Shown here in pieces: positions 30,581 to 43,637 of a stretch of DNA of 64,000 nt (position 1 is the first letter of the stretch; the number at the start of each line of letters is the position of its first letter). The stretch is from Antedon mediterranea. Taxonomy: Eukaryota; Animalia; Echinodermata. The DNA is taken from positions 23,746,001-23,810,000 of the forward strand of contig NC_092674.1 of the NCBI RefSeq assembly GCF_964355755.1. Reading direction: 5' to 3'. The translations under genes and the position numbers were made by a program. Under the pieces are notes generated by a model, which was given only the letters and a program-made list of their open reading frames with translations, was not told where the DNA came from and did not search any database.

Positions 30581-31824
30581 AAAACATTTTTTAAATATAA
30601 TCCTTAAGCTCTGTCTATACTATCAAACTAAATATGATGTGCCCATATTATATAGACATGACGATGTCATATCACTACGATATTCGGGCATATCACTACC
30701 ATATTTGGGCACATCACACTTTTTTTGTTAAACTAGTTGGGACAGTGTAGACACAGAACGAAACATAAATCCGAATTGGACTGACGCGATTGATTTAATT
30801 GGGTATTTTTTATTAATATGTAATGATTCATTAAAAACTATAATACCGATACGCGTTTGGTATTGATCAATGGTGCAAAAAACCCTGAGAAATAATGTTA
30901 TAACGCGATTTGGTGATAGCTTAGCAATAATACTACCCATATACTATTATTATAAATACCTATATTACAAATCCATTCATATAACTTTTCATCGCGAACC
31001 GAAAATGTATAAATGTTATTCTACAGACAGTAATTATATATTCAAAAGCCATATTATTATTATTATCAATACCTAAATGCGATAGTAATAACCACATAAA
31101 CATACATTATTCCCAATACAAGTTTGTGCGTTTAATTCTAGAAAGAAACGACTGTGCTGACAGGCCAATGACATAAATCACAAGTAAGGTCCCAATTGTT
31201 CACTTGCGTTTTGATTGGCCGACCTATTGTATTAGATTAATGAAGACTGTTCTTACAACTGTCCAGTCAAAAAGTTACGCGGCGTTTTTTGTAAGAAATA
31301 TTTCTTGTTAATAGTTGTTTGCAATGCAGTACTTATACTTTTATTACAATTTTAGATAGGACCACAATCGAAATATTTTTTTTTACTCCTTTTTTAAGCT
31401 TCTTTGTAATGTAATCGTAATATATTATGGCTTTGTAAAAGATTTTCGACTGATAAAAAAATCTGACATCAAATCATGGCACACAATTTCATACAACAAA
31501 TCCTGGCCCGAATGTTTGCATACATTGATATACTCATTTAATATTCAATAATTACAGTTTTGTAGTCAGTAATTTTATTACATTAATCAGCAATGCATGG
31601 CAGATTAATCAATTAATCACAAAAATCAAATTTATTGATCATAATATCCACCGGTCAATCGATCACCCAAACAAGACATGGAAGAGCAAAGTGTGTAAGA
31701 TAATACTGGTGGTTCATTCAAAAATATTAAGAAAACATTATCTAGATCCACACATTTTCTTTTTAAACAATCAAAATTTTTAATGTACTGTACTAATAAA
31801 TACAGTATCACCTCTCCTTATTAA

Positions 31825-32184
31825 AGATGTATTATCCCACACAAAAGAATAAAGTTTAATTAAACATGTATTGTCCTCATAAAACATGAAAAATGAAGAT
31901 TAATAAAATTAAACTTGTAATAGGCCATTTTGCAGTTTTAATAAAGTTATTCACTTCTGTAGACAAAAAATAATTATTTCACTTACGAAATAAATGGTAA
32001 ATTCAACCAAATACCCATTGGCTGGCAGCCAACTTGGCTATTCTTTGCTTTAAATTACTATATTTTCAGGTAAATAATTTAATTTTTTTCGATCCAATTT
32101 TTGGTCAAAGTGAATAACTATTATGGAACATCAAAATGGCATATTCAACAACAACACTTTTTTTTTCAGGGGGACAATATATCT
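31825..32184. mobile_element. Kolobok-like MITE (TTAA TSD)
   Basis: TTAA|AGATGTATTATCCC ... GGGACAATATATCT|TTAA. Related copies at ~55767-55955 and ~45375-45592. Confidence 0.75.
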
Positions 32185-32849
32185 TTAAAGCTTGGTTCCC
32201 AAAAGGACATAAGTGATATATAATCATAGTTTTGTCAATCTATAATGTAAGTCTGATATATCTCAGTGCTGTCAAAAGCTTGGTTCCCACTAGGATACAA
32301 AGCAAGTAACTTAATTAATCACAAGAGGTGGTTTATTCAAACTGTGGCTTGTCATTGGTTAACTCGATTGCGTTGCCCTTAAGTCGTTGCGTCGTAGTGA
32401 GAACCAACCTTAAGAAGAGCGCACTCACGCATAGTAATTTACAAGTTGGTTACTTCCAAATTTAGCGATAACTAACTGTGCACATGAAACCAACTTGCCC
32501 AGACAAGCCCTACACTATTGAAAATAACTGAAAACAACACAGAAGAAAAGCAATACAATTTTAATAGCATTACCCAAATGATTTCTATTTAGAGGAAAAT
32601 TGCATTAATTAAAATAAAATAATTAAAAACTATTGATTAAATATTTACAAAAATGAAAAAAAAAGATTAGATTATGAACCATATACAATATAATAACCAA
32701 TAATTAACGGTGGGATTTAATTTTATGTGATCATATTATCCCGATTTTATCTGCAATTCTGTTATGTTGCGCCATAAAGGTTCTGTTATATGAAGAAAAC
32801 CATTTAAATACAGTGCTTAGTCAGTGTTTTTCACAGAGGAAAATGATAA

Positions 32850-33027
32850 GGGTCTTTCACACCATTTTGTTTTCAAGATGCAACACACGGCTCTCACCAA
32901 TCTTGTTATTCGGTGCATGTAATCTGCATGTCGCATCATGGAAACGAAAGATTTCTAATGCTGTACGTGCAATCTGACGTGAACCTGAACGGGAAGCATA
33001 GCGGCTCATAGCAGGTGTGAAAGACCC
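32850..33027. mobile_element. Harbinger-like MITE
   Basis: Perfect 14-bp TIR GGGTCTTTCACACC / GGTGTGAAAGACCC in TAA/TTA context. Confidence 0.75.
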
Positions 33028-34193
33028 TTAAGGCAAGACATACAGGACTGGACATTACGCTACACACTAAACTAGCAATAGAACACTGGTGCTCACAGGT
33101 ATTATACAACCAACTGGCATTTTGATAGCTTCCAGGAATTCAGGATTCACAAACGCTATCACAACAGTCACGAAATGTGCATTTTGCAATTCAACATTAA
33201 GTTGGTGTCAATACAGTTGAACAGCTCTATTAGGACACTCCTATTTAGGGGACATTTTTCCTGAAACAATCAGGGATTGAGAGTATTTAACACACAGCCA
33301 ACACTTGGAAGATTTCTTACAATTTCTTTTACACTCAAAACAAGACACCCAGCAACTTTATTTCATTAAAAATCAGACATTCTTTTTATACTTTAAGAAT
33401 CATGCCAAAATTATACTACTGAAATAACGATATTTTTTGTTACTCTTTAAAATTAAACCTATTTTGCAGTATTTGGCAAGAAATCACTGTTTATTGCTGT
33501 GACTGCCTTTTATCAACTTCTACCCTACTGACGAACTAAAATTGTATACAGTTATTTCAGAAATATAGTTACTGCAGAAATATAGTTGCTGCAGTAGAAT
33601 AATTTTGATCTCTTGAAAATTGAAGAACTGATTGCCTGCATTTTGGAAAGTTGACTGGAAAACCGATTCATTTTTTTTAACGATAAGAGTAAGTTTGTTA
33701 AGTGCATAATTCCTGGTGTAACAAAGAATAAGAGTCAGACCTATGTGATACATCATTAACAAAATAACATATTTATTATTGGCCTAATGTGTGAGTGTAA
33801 TTAATGTATAAAAACTATGTTAGCTTGAAATACTGTTAATTCAAAACATCAAGGCTACTTCTAGTTAGAATAAAAATAACAATTTTGTTGAAAAATTTAT
33901 TAACAAAAATATTTGTTGCTTAATGTCTGTAGACGAACAGTAATACACAAATAGTCACTCATTTAATGGTGCTCTGGTCGAGTTGTAAATACTGGATAAG
34001 TCGAAGCGTGATTACATCTTGTGTTGATGCCACAAAGCATGATCGAAAAGCACACAGTACACAAACAGCGATTGACATCCTTTGACGGCCAAGGGTGGTG
34101 ATCACTAAACAAATTCACAGACTCGCATAATGGTTATGCTCTAAGTATTGTATATGATCCATTTGGTTTTCATTAATTGTTTGGGAGTTCATT

Positions 34194-37100
34194 TTAAATT
34201 GATTTATCCTTTTCACTTTTATCCTCGTTCTTTTCTGCTTCACTTGCTTCGTCGTCAGAATAGTCTGTCGGCTCCTCGCCCGGTTTTAACAATTTTCCTA
34301 TGTATTCATACTTTTCTGAAAAAGTCAATATATAAAATTTGTTATCAATTAGTCTTTACTTTTGTGAATTATTAATGAATATAAATTATGTTGGACGCAG
34401 TACCCCTTCAAAGTGTTCCACTCAGTCTAATATTTTTTGTCTAATATTAAATCCCGTTTTCCACTAGGCGAATTATTTCGCATAAATCAAAAGCGTCATC
34501 TTATATGCATGCGTATTCATGTTTCCATCTTCTGCGACAAATTCTTATTCCAATCTACAAGTTCTTCCATACCCAGCCTAAGGGTTATTTAAAAAGAGCT
34601 TCAACACAGCCTAATTTCAACTTTAACACAGCACCTACTAAAGATACTTTGTGTAAATCAGTCAGTTCAATATTAAGGATGTAATTGGTCTGGGCGGAAC
34701 TGGGGGGGGGGGGAGGGGGGAGACATCCAACTACAAAACTACCCAGCCTCGGGGTTATTGTAAGGCTTTCCAACCAGCCTAATTTTAATACAGTCAGTAA
34801 ACACAAGAAATATGGAAGTACAGTTGACTCTTTCAATACTAGACTGACTCTGAAAACTGGAAACTCTCCCAAAACCATTTGGGAGCTTCAAAAAGGTCTG
34901 AAATTCATTTTCACCATTAGAAATACATTTCGAATACCAGACTTTCCGGAAAACCAAACACATTAGGCCACCCCCAATAGTGTTCGGTATTGAGAGACTT
35001 GACTGTATTATCTTTTCTGACAATTCTCAAAATGTTGCACGTAGTCATTTGTTAATATTAATAATTAAAAATACATAAATAATATTAACAGTAAATAAAT
35101 ATAATGACTTCGTACCAAAAAACTGCATTTCCCACTCTCGCACACTTTCCATCTGCTCTTCATTTAGATCTGATAAATCATCTATTTCATCTTTGAAAGA
35201 ATCTTTATCTAAGCTAAATGTGGCTAAGGCTCGGCTTGCATCGTGTCCAGCGAAGATACCATAAGGCCCATCTGAAAATATACAAAAAAACAACATTATT
35301 TTGAATGATTAGAAATATCAGAAGGAATAAAACTGACCCTCTTTCCAATACTTTCCGTGTTAGTCTTCAAAGCTGCAAATTACTGATCATAAGAAAAATT
35401 AATACTAAATAAAATATTGCAAAGCTAAACCCAAACCGAAGTATGGGGATACGCCCTCGTCGCTAGCCAGGTTTATTTTAATAGTTCTAGTTTAAATCCT
35501 GGCTAGCACCAGTTGCGTCTCGGTCATCCCGGACTCGCTTGCTTTTTGTGTACTTTTTATGAATCTTTGTATTACTACAACCAAATGAATTTCCCCCGAG
35601 TTTGGGATAATTAAGTTTTATTGAATTGAATTGGTTGGGGAAAAAAATCAAATAACAGAAATATTCACCCACTAATAATTATCATACAGTCAATGTATTG
35701 TATAGTTAGTAAGGGATGAACATTATTCTAAACTGCAGTTACTGCAGTAATTACACTTTCTAAAAATGTATTTATTTTTTTCTTGCCTCAGTAAAACAAA
35801 TGTTTTTTTTATTGCTGCTATTTCTAGCACAGCTATGATATTTGATTCCCTGCTAATTGCTATATTTAGATTATTATTGTCAATGCTATTTTTAGAACTG
35901 CATTGATCTTTCAGAACAGCTTTTGATAATTCCTGTATACTGCAATGCTGAATATAATTATCTGATACTACTGCAGAAGTTATCAAAAGTATCTTTAAGG
36001 AAGTCGGACATGTGGTATAATACTGCACATGATTAATTTCTCATGTGCTCTTATGTAAAATATTGAAACACAATACACACACTTGAACTGGGTCCAAGAA
36101 GATTTTTTACGGTTGGTTGCACACATAGATAACTACATTCAGTCATGTAATCACATACAAAAACATTTGATGATTAAAATTGTCATCACTGGGACATTCT
36201 AAACCAAGGATATGTTCTGACAACTTTAAAACCCTGGAAAAAGTTCTAACTGATATTTGCTGGTAGCGTCTGGCAGCTGGGTCCTGATTGAAAGCTCACA
36301 AATGCACATTTTCTCAGTAATCATAAATTCAACACCAGACTGGCTGGTTGGCATAATGGTGTACTAATGTGGTCAGGGATTAAATGGTTGTGGGTGCGAT
36401 TTGATCGCCTAAATTTGATATTGGTTAGCAATTAAATGTATTATGGGCAGATCTTCCTGCAATATGGAGAATTGCCTATCATTAATTTTTATTTGGTCTT
36501 TCTGTCATACTGTACTGTACAGCTGAGTGGAGTAAAATCATAAACTAATCACATTTCCAATACTGTACTATTTAGACTAAAATGAATTGAAATTGAACAA
36601 AAACAAAACTGAAATATTATTTAAATTCATTGTATACTTTTTTATGATAACGAATGATTCATTGAATTTGAAAAGTAATTTTATCTACCATTTTGATTTA
36701 ATAGCCCAGACTAAATAAATGTGATAATTGTAAATGCACAATTATTTATTCAACACAATTAAAATCGGATAGTAAAATACCTTTGCATCTAAATGTTTGA
36801 AAAATGCATATTTTTGCATTTTTATTATGTCATTATATTTGTAAGTCTGATCTGATCGTAGTATGTGGAAGTTTATTTTGTTCAAAATATTAATAAATTC
36901 ACAAAATTGCAAATAAAAAACTCAATTTTAATTTGAAAATGAGAAGGCATTAACAATTTGAGAGTGGGCAGATAAACATGGGCATATTTTACAAGGTGAC
37001 CTTGAAAGCAGATTGTATTAGTGAGTTTTCTTCATTGTTGATTTTTCTACAGGCCTTGTAAAGACCTTAAATCTGGCTGTACTGTATCCCTTGAAATCCT

Positions 37101-38772
37101 GTATTACAATACTACTGTAGCCTAGATTAGATACAAAAAAATTGTCTTTGTATGTTTTTTTATTTGTTGCTTATTCATTCATCAATCAATAAAATATTAC
37201 AACAAACATATACAAAATGACAGAATGAGAGCAAGAGGATAACCCTATAACCTCTACAGCTTTATTCCATAGGGGTCCCCAAAGTCATTTCTCATAAACG
37301 AACAATGGCTCCACAGGCAGGGGTTCGAGGCTCACTCACTCCATGGTTCTGGTGGTAGAACGAGTCTTCTCGGATAAGGACTATAAACCGTAGGTCCAGT
37401 GTACACAACTTGCTCGTGTGCACTTTAAAGAACCTAGTACATCTTTCGAGACGAGTAGGGGGTTACCCTGGTGTACTAGTACATCACAGCCACTGATCAC
37501 CAACTGGGCCCTCTGGGAGATCAGTCTTTGACTGAAGAGGTTACCCAGTATAAAGATAAAACAAACAAAACAAAGGTTTGGGTAAACTGGCCAACATCGT
37601 CGTACAATTTGTTAAAAAATTCAATGTTCAATTACTGCTGAGGTTTTTAACTTAAATCATCCGTCAATAATTAAATAATAATAAATCTTGTTGCCATTGT
37701 TGTTGTTATAGTGAGCTTGTCAAGATTTCTCTGTATATTATAAATATAAGGTATGTCATCACATTTTTTAGGTTCATTACCTTTATTCAATAATGAAAAC
37801 AAAAGTTTAAAATAAAAATGAGACCGCACAAAACATGCGTGTCACGTGTGCATGGAGTAATACAATATAACTTGTCATTGTTTACTGAATGTACACAACA
37901 CAACTGTACAGTTGTACAGACAAGCTTATTTATAGCATTTCAAGTTAGGCCTGTTGTTTGTTTAGGATTTGATAATAAAACACATATTTTATTATTTATC
38001 TAGTGACTGCAGGCGATTTTAATCAAAAGCATTAGAAATATGACGTCCGCATCTTGTTTATTGATACTGTACTTGGTTGTATTACAAACTACTGTTGTTT
38101 GTGTTCTGTTGTTGTACACAGCACCTTTTTAAATAATATTTAATAAGATCAATGCTTTTTGTAACAAACACACAGTAGGAATACAATTTGAGAGAAAACA
38201 AAACACATTATGCAAATTGTTAATAATAATTAAACTGTAAAATTAAAAAGTCACTCAATCAGCAGGGCTCAGCTCACATCCTTTCTCAATAATCACCTAA
38301 ATAAAGTACTTCATTTTGAACAATTTTTTCAAGCAAGCTAGAAATAATAATAATATAACAAAATGCAACACAAGGCTACTTGAAGTCCTGGTAGTAGCAA
38401 TTATGGAGATTAGTAACAAGTTTTAAAACATTAATGTGAGATATCAGAACTAATCTCAAAACGCTAGGCCTAGGCCTACCAGATTGTGTACATACCTGGG
38501 CCATAAAATCGTTTACCACGCGAAACATCGAATACCTTCCCGTTCACCGCGATGAGGATCCTACCGTCATGCTTCACACCATCGTACTGGCCGAGTTCAT
38601 TTAAAGTCATATCCCTCTTCTTCATCTTTTCTAAAACGGGTTCTTTTGGTCCATCTTTTACCCTTGGTGCATTTCCGAATACTATTTTGTACAAAAGATA
38701 AAAGCATGTGGCTAAAAGAACAATGTTTACTGGACTTGTAATAAGCTCAGTTAGTAACTCTTTAACCGCCAT
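34194..38772 (-). CDS. PGRMC: Membrane-associated progesterone receptor component (PGRMC1/2 co-ortholog; cytochrome b5-like heme-binding), 184 aa
   Basis: Exons 38772-38496, 35271-35116 and 34315-34194 (555 nt, phase-consistent). N-terminal TM helix, [54 protein letters not shown]. Confidence 0.96.
34821..35005. mobile_element. pogo/Tigger-like MITE (TA TSD, CAG...CTG termini)
   Basis: TA|CAGTTGACTCTTTCAATAC ... GTATTGAGAGACTTGACTG|TA. Degenerate relatives at ~24620-24740 and ~10940-11070. Confidence 0.7.
37316..37573 (+). mobile_element. Meta-core SINE, tail type A (5' truncated)
   Basis: Starts near the B-box GGTTCGAGGC. Nearly identical to 58775-59031; ends in AAAC repeats. Confidence 0.88.
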
Positions 38773-41700
38773 TTTAACGTTTATGAACTTTTTCGGAAAT
38801 CTGTTGTACTATGGAGCGTCAGTGATGACAAATTAATCAAATCGGCGGTATAATAAAATAATATGACTGATTTCTCACGAAAAACAAAATAGCATAAATA
38901 TACTATAGCTATTAAAGAATTATAAAGTCTGATTTTTTTACGTCGGTCGTATAAGACAATTTTATTTGTCGCTTATGCTGACCTTGAATAAATGACGTAG
39001 GCCCTATTAATCTATTTCGGACGAGACATGTACTTGATAGGCTTACAGCTAAAATAAAACACCAACAAATCATGGAGGTATAAAATATTTTTATACCTGC
39101 ATGAACAAATACGAATGTATATACAGTATAAATATTCGGTATTAACACAATCAACCCTAAGAAAATTCCTATTTACAGTCGAGTAGTTAGTTAGGAATGT
39201 TAACAGTTCAGTTCAACCTGTGCGAACACCAATGACCGGCCTACTAAAATATAGTAAAACATTCCATGACGTACGTTAGGCCTAACGAGATGATAAAACT
39301 GATTTACTTAGAATAAAAAGTAAAAAGTTGTTGTAAATTTCCACATTACACAGGTGTATCGTACCCTAAACTGAAAAAAAATGGAACAATCCCAAGCGCC
39401 CAATGGTGATGAGAGTTAACGTGCGCAAGGATAACGAATTTAACATGAATGTGTTATGACTTTTGTTCAACACGTCACGTACGTACAATAACTAAATATG
39501 TATTGATTTCCGTTTTGAATAGTCAAATTAAACTATAAAAGTGCCTTTTATTTTGTAAGGATGGATTGGCGCGGACGTCCTTCTTTACCTTGTGGTTAAA
39601 TTTACCATTCTGTTATTCAATGCAAATTGGCAAAATTCCTTAACCACCTGGAATACTCAACAATTGACTTTAGCGTTCATTGTGTACGTCGTGTAGTGGG
39701 AGGGTAGATTGTTAAGGTGTGTCTTGATAATCGAAAGGAAATATACGTCTTACAGTGCAATAGGCTCAAAGGGGGTAAGTTACCTGATATAGGCCTATTA
39801 GATAATACTTGTAATTACAGTATTACATTTGAACAATATTATGTAATATAATTATATTATATGTTTAGGCCATAATTCAAAAGCAAATTGGCATCCGTCC
39901 TACATTACGAAATTGTACAACTGATTGAGAAGTTTTTATTCGTCAATAACTATCAGGGTGTGCATACTTATTCTTGTAGAATAGAATTAACTTGACAGAA
40001 TAAACTCAATTTTAAGATTTTAAAAATATTTTACATCTTAGAAAATGGTATTTCTTGCGAGATATCATGTATTGGTTGTATACACATTCACCCTATGTTG
40101 CCTGGTCGCTGTATATTCACAAGGTAAGCCTATGTCTGTGTATTCACGTGTTGCCATAAAGATTGGCCCCTATAAGACGCAACAAAAGGACGGGAGACGC
40201 AACGCACAGACGTAGACGCAACGCAAGGACTGTACGTAGACGAAACTCAAGGACGTTGACTCAACGCAAAGTTGACCAATAGCAAAGAGTTCCATCGCCT
40301 GTGATTGGTCAAAAACTTACGTTGCGCAAACGTTGCGTCTCTGGTGGGAACCAATATTAGTGACAGTTTTGTAGATTAAGTTATCAGCACGGTTGTAACT
40401 TTTTGACAGCCCCCGTTTTGCAACCACACCCCTTTAATTTTCGTAGATACGCCCACAGAGACATGTAAATTAGACTATTTATTTTAAAGTTTTGTTAATG
40501 TTGATCAATATAGGCCTACAAACGTACAGTATTTCTTAAAAGCAGCTACACCGAGGAGGTACAGTTTCTTTATGGTTGGCAATTATAAATAAACCACACA
40601 AAAATAATACATAGTTTATGAAATTTCTTATTACAATACATTTTTAAATAGGAGACTTGTCGGAGTTGCTAGGAAAATATCAGGAACGAGCGGAGGGGAT
40701 GTCATCACGACGTCTAAATCTTATAAAGAAAATAAAGCAGCAGTCTAATCAACATCACAGGGCTAAAAGAGAACTGCCGAATACGTTGACGACCATATCA
40801 AAAGGTAGGTCTAATTCACGTCTTGTTTCGGGGCCGTAGACGAACGAACATTATACATACGTCCGTAAATAAATCGAACAAAAAGTCGTCCCCGTGATGG
40901 TCTTCACGATTTTACTAGACATTAAATCATATAGCGGATTAATGTGTTGTATAAAGTATCGCCTTCTTCGAAATCGTCTGAAAATGAAAGCTTAAATTTG
41001 GGAATAGTACTGCGGCGTATCAAAGAGAGAAAGAGAGGGCGGGCTTTGTTGGGCGCATTGATCTTAAACATGTGAAGTGAATACACAGTATAATCTTAGT
41101 TCATCTACATCTGTAGCACATTATAATAAACCATGTCATAACTTTGCTTGTTGTATTTATTTAATAATAAAAAAGTATCACTCTTACAAGTTACAAATAA
41201 AGTTGGCAATTTAATAAGAAAATAATTGTCCTGAGTTATATACTGTAAATAATTCTGTGTACTCTACATATTATTATTTTGACATTTGAAATTGTGAATT
41301 ATCAAAAAGATGTAAAAAAAAAAAAAATGAAAGGATCCTGTCAAAACTGAATCTACTGCAGTTACTGAAGCAACTAAATTTTGTTTGATCTTTAACCTGG
41401 TTACATTATTACAGTGTGAATGCCTAATAAACATCTGTATTACAAACTACTTTAAATCATACATTGAAAAAGGGTAACCTGCAGTAGAATCTATTTCATA
41501 TCTAAAGCTCTGTCTACACTATCAAACTTGATGTGAAAAAAAAAATGTGATGTGCCAATATATGGACACGATGATGTCATATCACTACCATATGGGCACA
41601 TCACACTTTTTTTGTCTGTGCCTGACATTTAAAGTATTCTATTGGACAAATGTGTTGTTGTCTATTGGCACAGTCAACCACACTGATAGAAAACTTTACA

Positions 41701-41785
41701 TTAAATGCATGGTCAACCAATAAAAAAAAATACATGCACAGTTGAACATGGTAGATGCCACTATCGTAATAAATTAGTATAGTAA

Positions 41786-42786
41786 TTATGGTTTTGTGGA
41801 TGGTTTTCCATCAACTCCAAGTAATATTTTAAACACCTCAGCACAATCATGTTCTTCTAAAAATTTGAAAAGCATTCCAAGATCCATGTGATAATCTCGT
41901 CCTCCTTTCTCCATGCCATGCGGTTTAAACGCTTTCTCCTCGAACCCGGTAAATTTTCTCAATTCAGCTATTTTCCCATTCTCCAATGGAACATCTTCTC
42001 GATGTTTGCAGGAAATTTTCTTCCAATTCAAACGTCTCAACCTGTGCCAATACTCCTCGCAAGATTCTCTATCGCCCTCTAGACAAATCACACCTGGTTT
42101 GCCTGGTAACGAAAAGCCTGTTACTTTAAATTCTTTTGCCCATTCTAAAATATCCCGCCTTTTGTATTTGCTATATATATGATGGCTGTGTATCCATAAC
42201 CTAGTAAATGTAAAACAATTTTTAGACTTTTTAACCAGTTCTTCTGTGTCCTCTTTTGTTGCTATTATGATATATTTTTGGCTGTTATCCTGAAGCCAAG
42301 TGATTGCTTCCCCAACACAGAGTTCCCCATTTAAAGACTCTTGTATATGCTGCTGTAAATCTTCGTTTAGTTTTCTTTGGGAATCCCGTGAAAATGAACT
42401 TGATCGTACGATTAATTCCGGTGCCTCGGATGGGTAACCATGAGGCAGATCACATATCAATTTTATCTGCAAAAGTATTGTAAAGAATATTATTTATTAA
42501 CAAGAAATAAAGAAATAAAAAAAATATAATATAGACTATATAGTACACTACTTACACCTAAATTTTCCCCTATAATTATATTAACGGCATATGAAATCTG
42601 ACGTAGAATGCTAGGCCTCTGTACTCCTGCAACTTCGTCACATTCATGCGCGCAAAACTCTTTTATGTCCGCGATCACATCTGGGTCATCTATCTCTAGC
42701 TCACCGTCATTGGGGTACATACACTGCATCATTTCAAGCTCCGATACCTGTAGCTCAAACATACTACGCATATTTTCATAAGCCAT
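41786..42786 (-). CDS. RWDD2: RWD domain-containing protein 2 (RWD + DUF1115-type C-terminus), 303 aa
   Basis: Exons 42786-42556 and 42466-41786 (89-bp phase-0 intron). RWD motifs ELEMMQCMYP and LPHGYPSEAP; C-terminal RLWIHSHHIYS, GFSLPGKPGVICLEG, YHMDLG. Confidence 0.93.
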
Positions 42787-42879
42787 GATTATTAATTATT
42801 TTTGGTTAAATACAAATAAAACAAAATACAGTATTAGAAACGAATTAGAAGAGGAAAAGGGGGACATAGCGTAAACTTC

Positions 42880-43030
42880 CCTTCCACGTGTCGAAAATAG
42901 TTGACCTATGTTTTGTAAACAGAAAAGGACGTCCTCAAACTACCCAACTAGTGAGCCCTCTATCTTCCATCTACGCCACAATTTCGCGCGTGACAAAACG
43001 GCGTTGCGGGAAATTTAAAGTTCAATATTA
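42880..43030. promoter_or_regulatory. Probable bidirectional promoter (RWDD2 / EPTP-fibre gene)
   Basis: Only ~850 bp separate the RWDD2 ATG from the first recognisable exon of the divergent gene. CpG-rich, with CACGTG, TTTCGCGC (42982-42989) and GCGGGAAATTTAAA (43006-43019). Confidence 0.5.
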
Positions 43031-43637
43031 AAATGAAGCAAAAGTCAAATCCTGCTTGGTTATTGGGGGTGTACAGTTAGGACGAAGGTCAACTAAATAA
43101 ACTACCTAGGTCTAGGCTATCTATTCCTGATGTATACCTAGTTACTAATACCTGTACTAGTAATTAGGAATTATGTTGATCACACAGGTGGAGAAGGTTA
43201 CTTTAGGCCTAACAGTCTAATAATATAAGCCTACTACACTAGCTAAACCTAGGCCCATATTATTATAATAAATAAGCTAGCTCCACAGGGATTTATATAC
43301 CTCCCTGCTCAGAGGAGGTCTATTATTATTAGCTAGAGCCTAGTAGTGTAGACTAGCTTGCCTTAGACTAGAGGATGAGGTCACAAAGCAGGGAGCAGCG
43401 GCAAGAAGAATTTTATTTATATTCTATAAAATCAAAACTGAAAATGTAGTTAAGTAATAGAAAATACTGAACTTAGCCTACTGAGCGAGGGATTGGTAGG
43501 CCTACCACCTTTACCTACTACGCCGATGGCTATACTACTAAGCTATAGGCCTATAGCTAGGCTAGTCTATATGATGCCTATTATGTATAACTAATTAAAC
43601 CGTTTAAATGGATTTAATTGTATATATTGTTTTCTAG

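Noticed and set aside
34585-35023. Three overlapping ~95-aa ORFs with poly-G/poly-P
   Set aside because: PGRMC intron containing a G homopolymer and a Tigger-like MITE.
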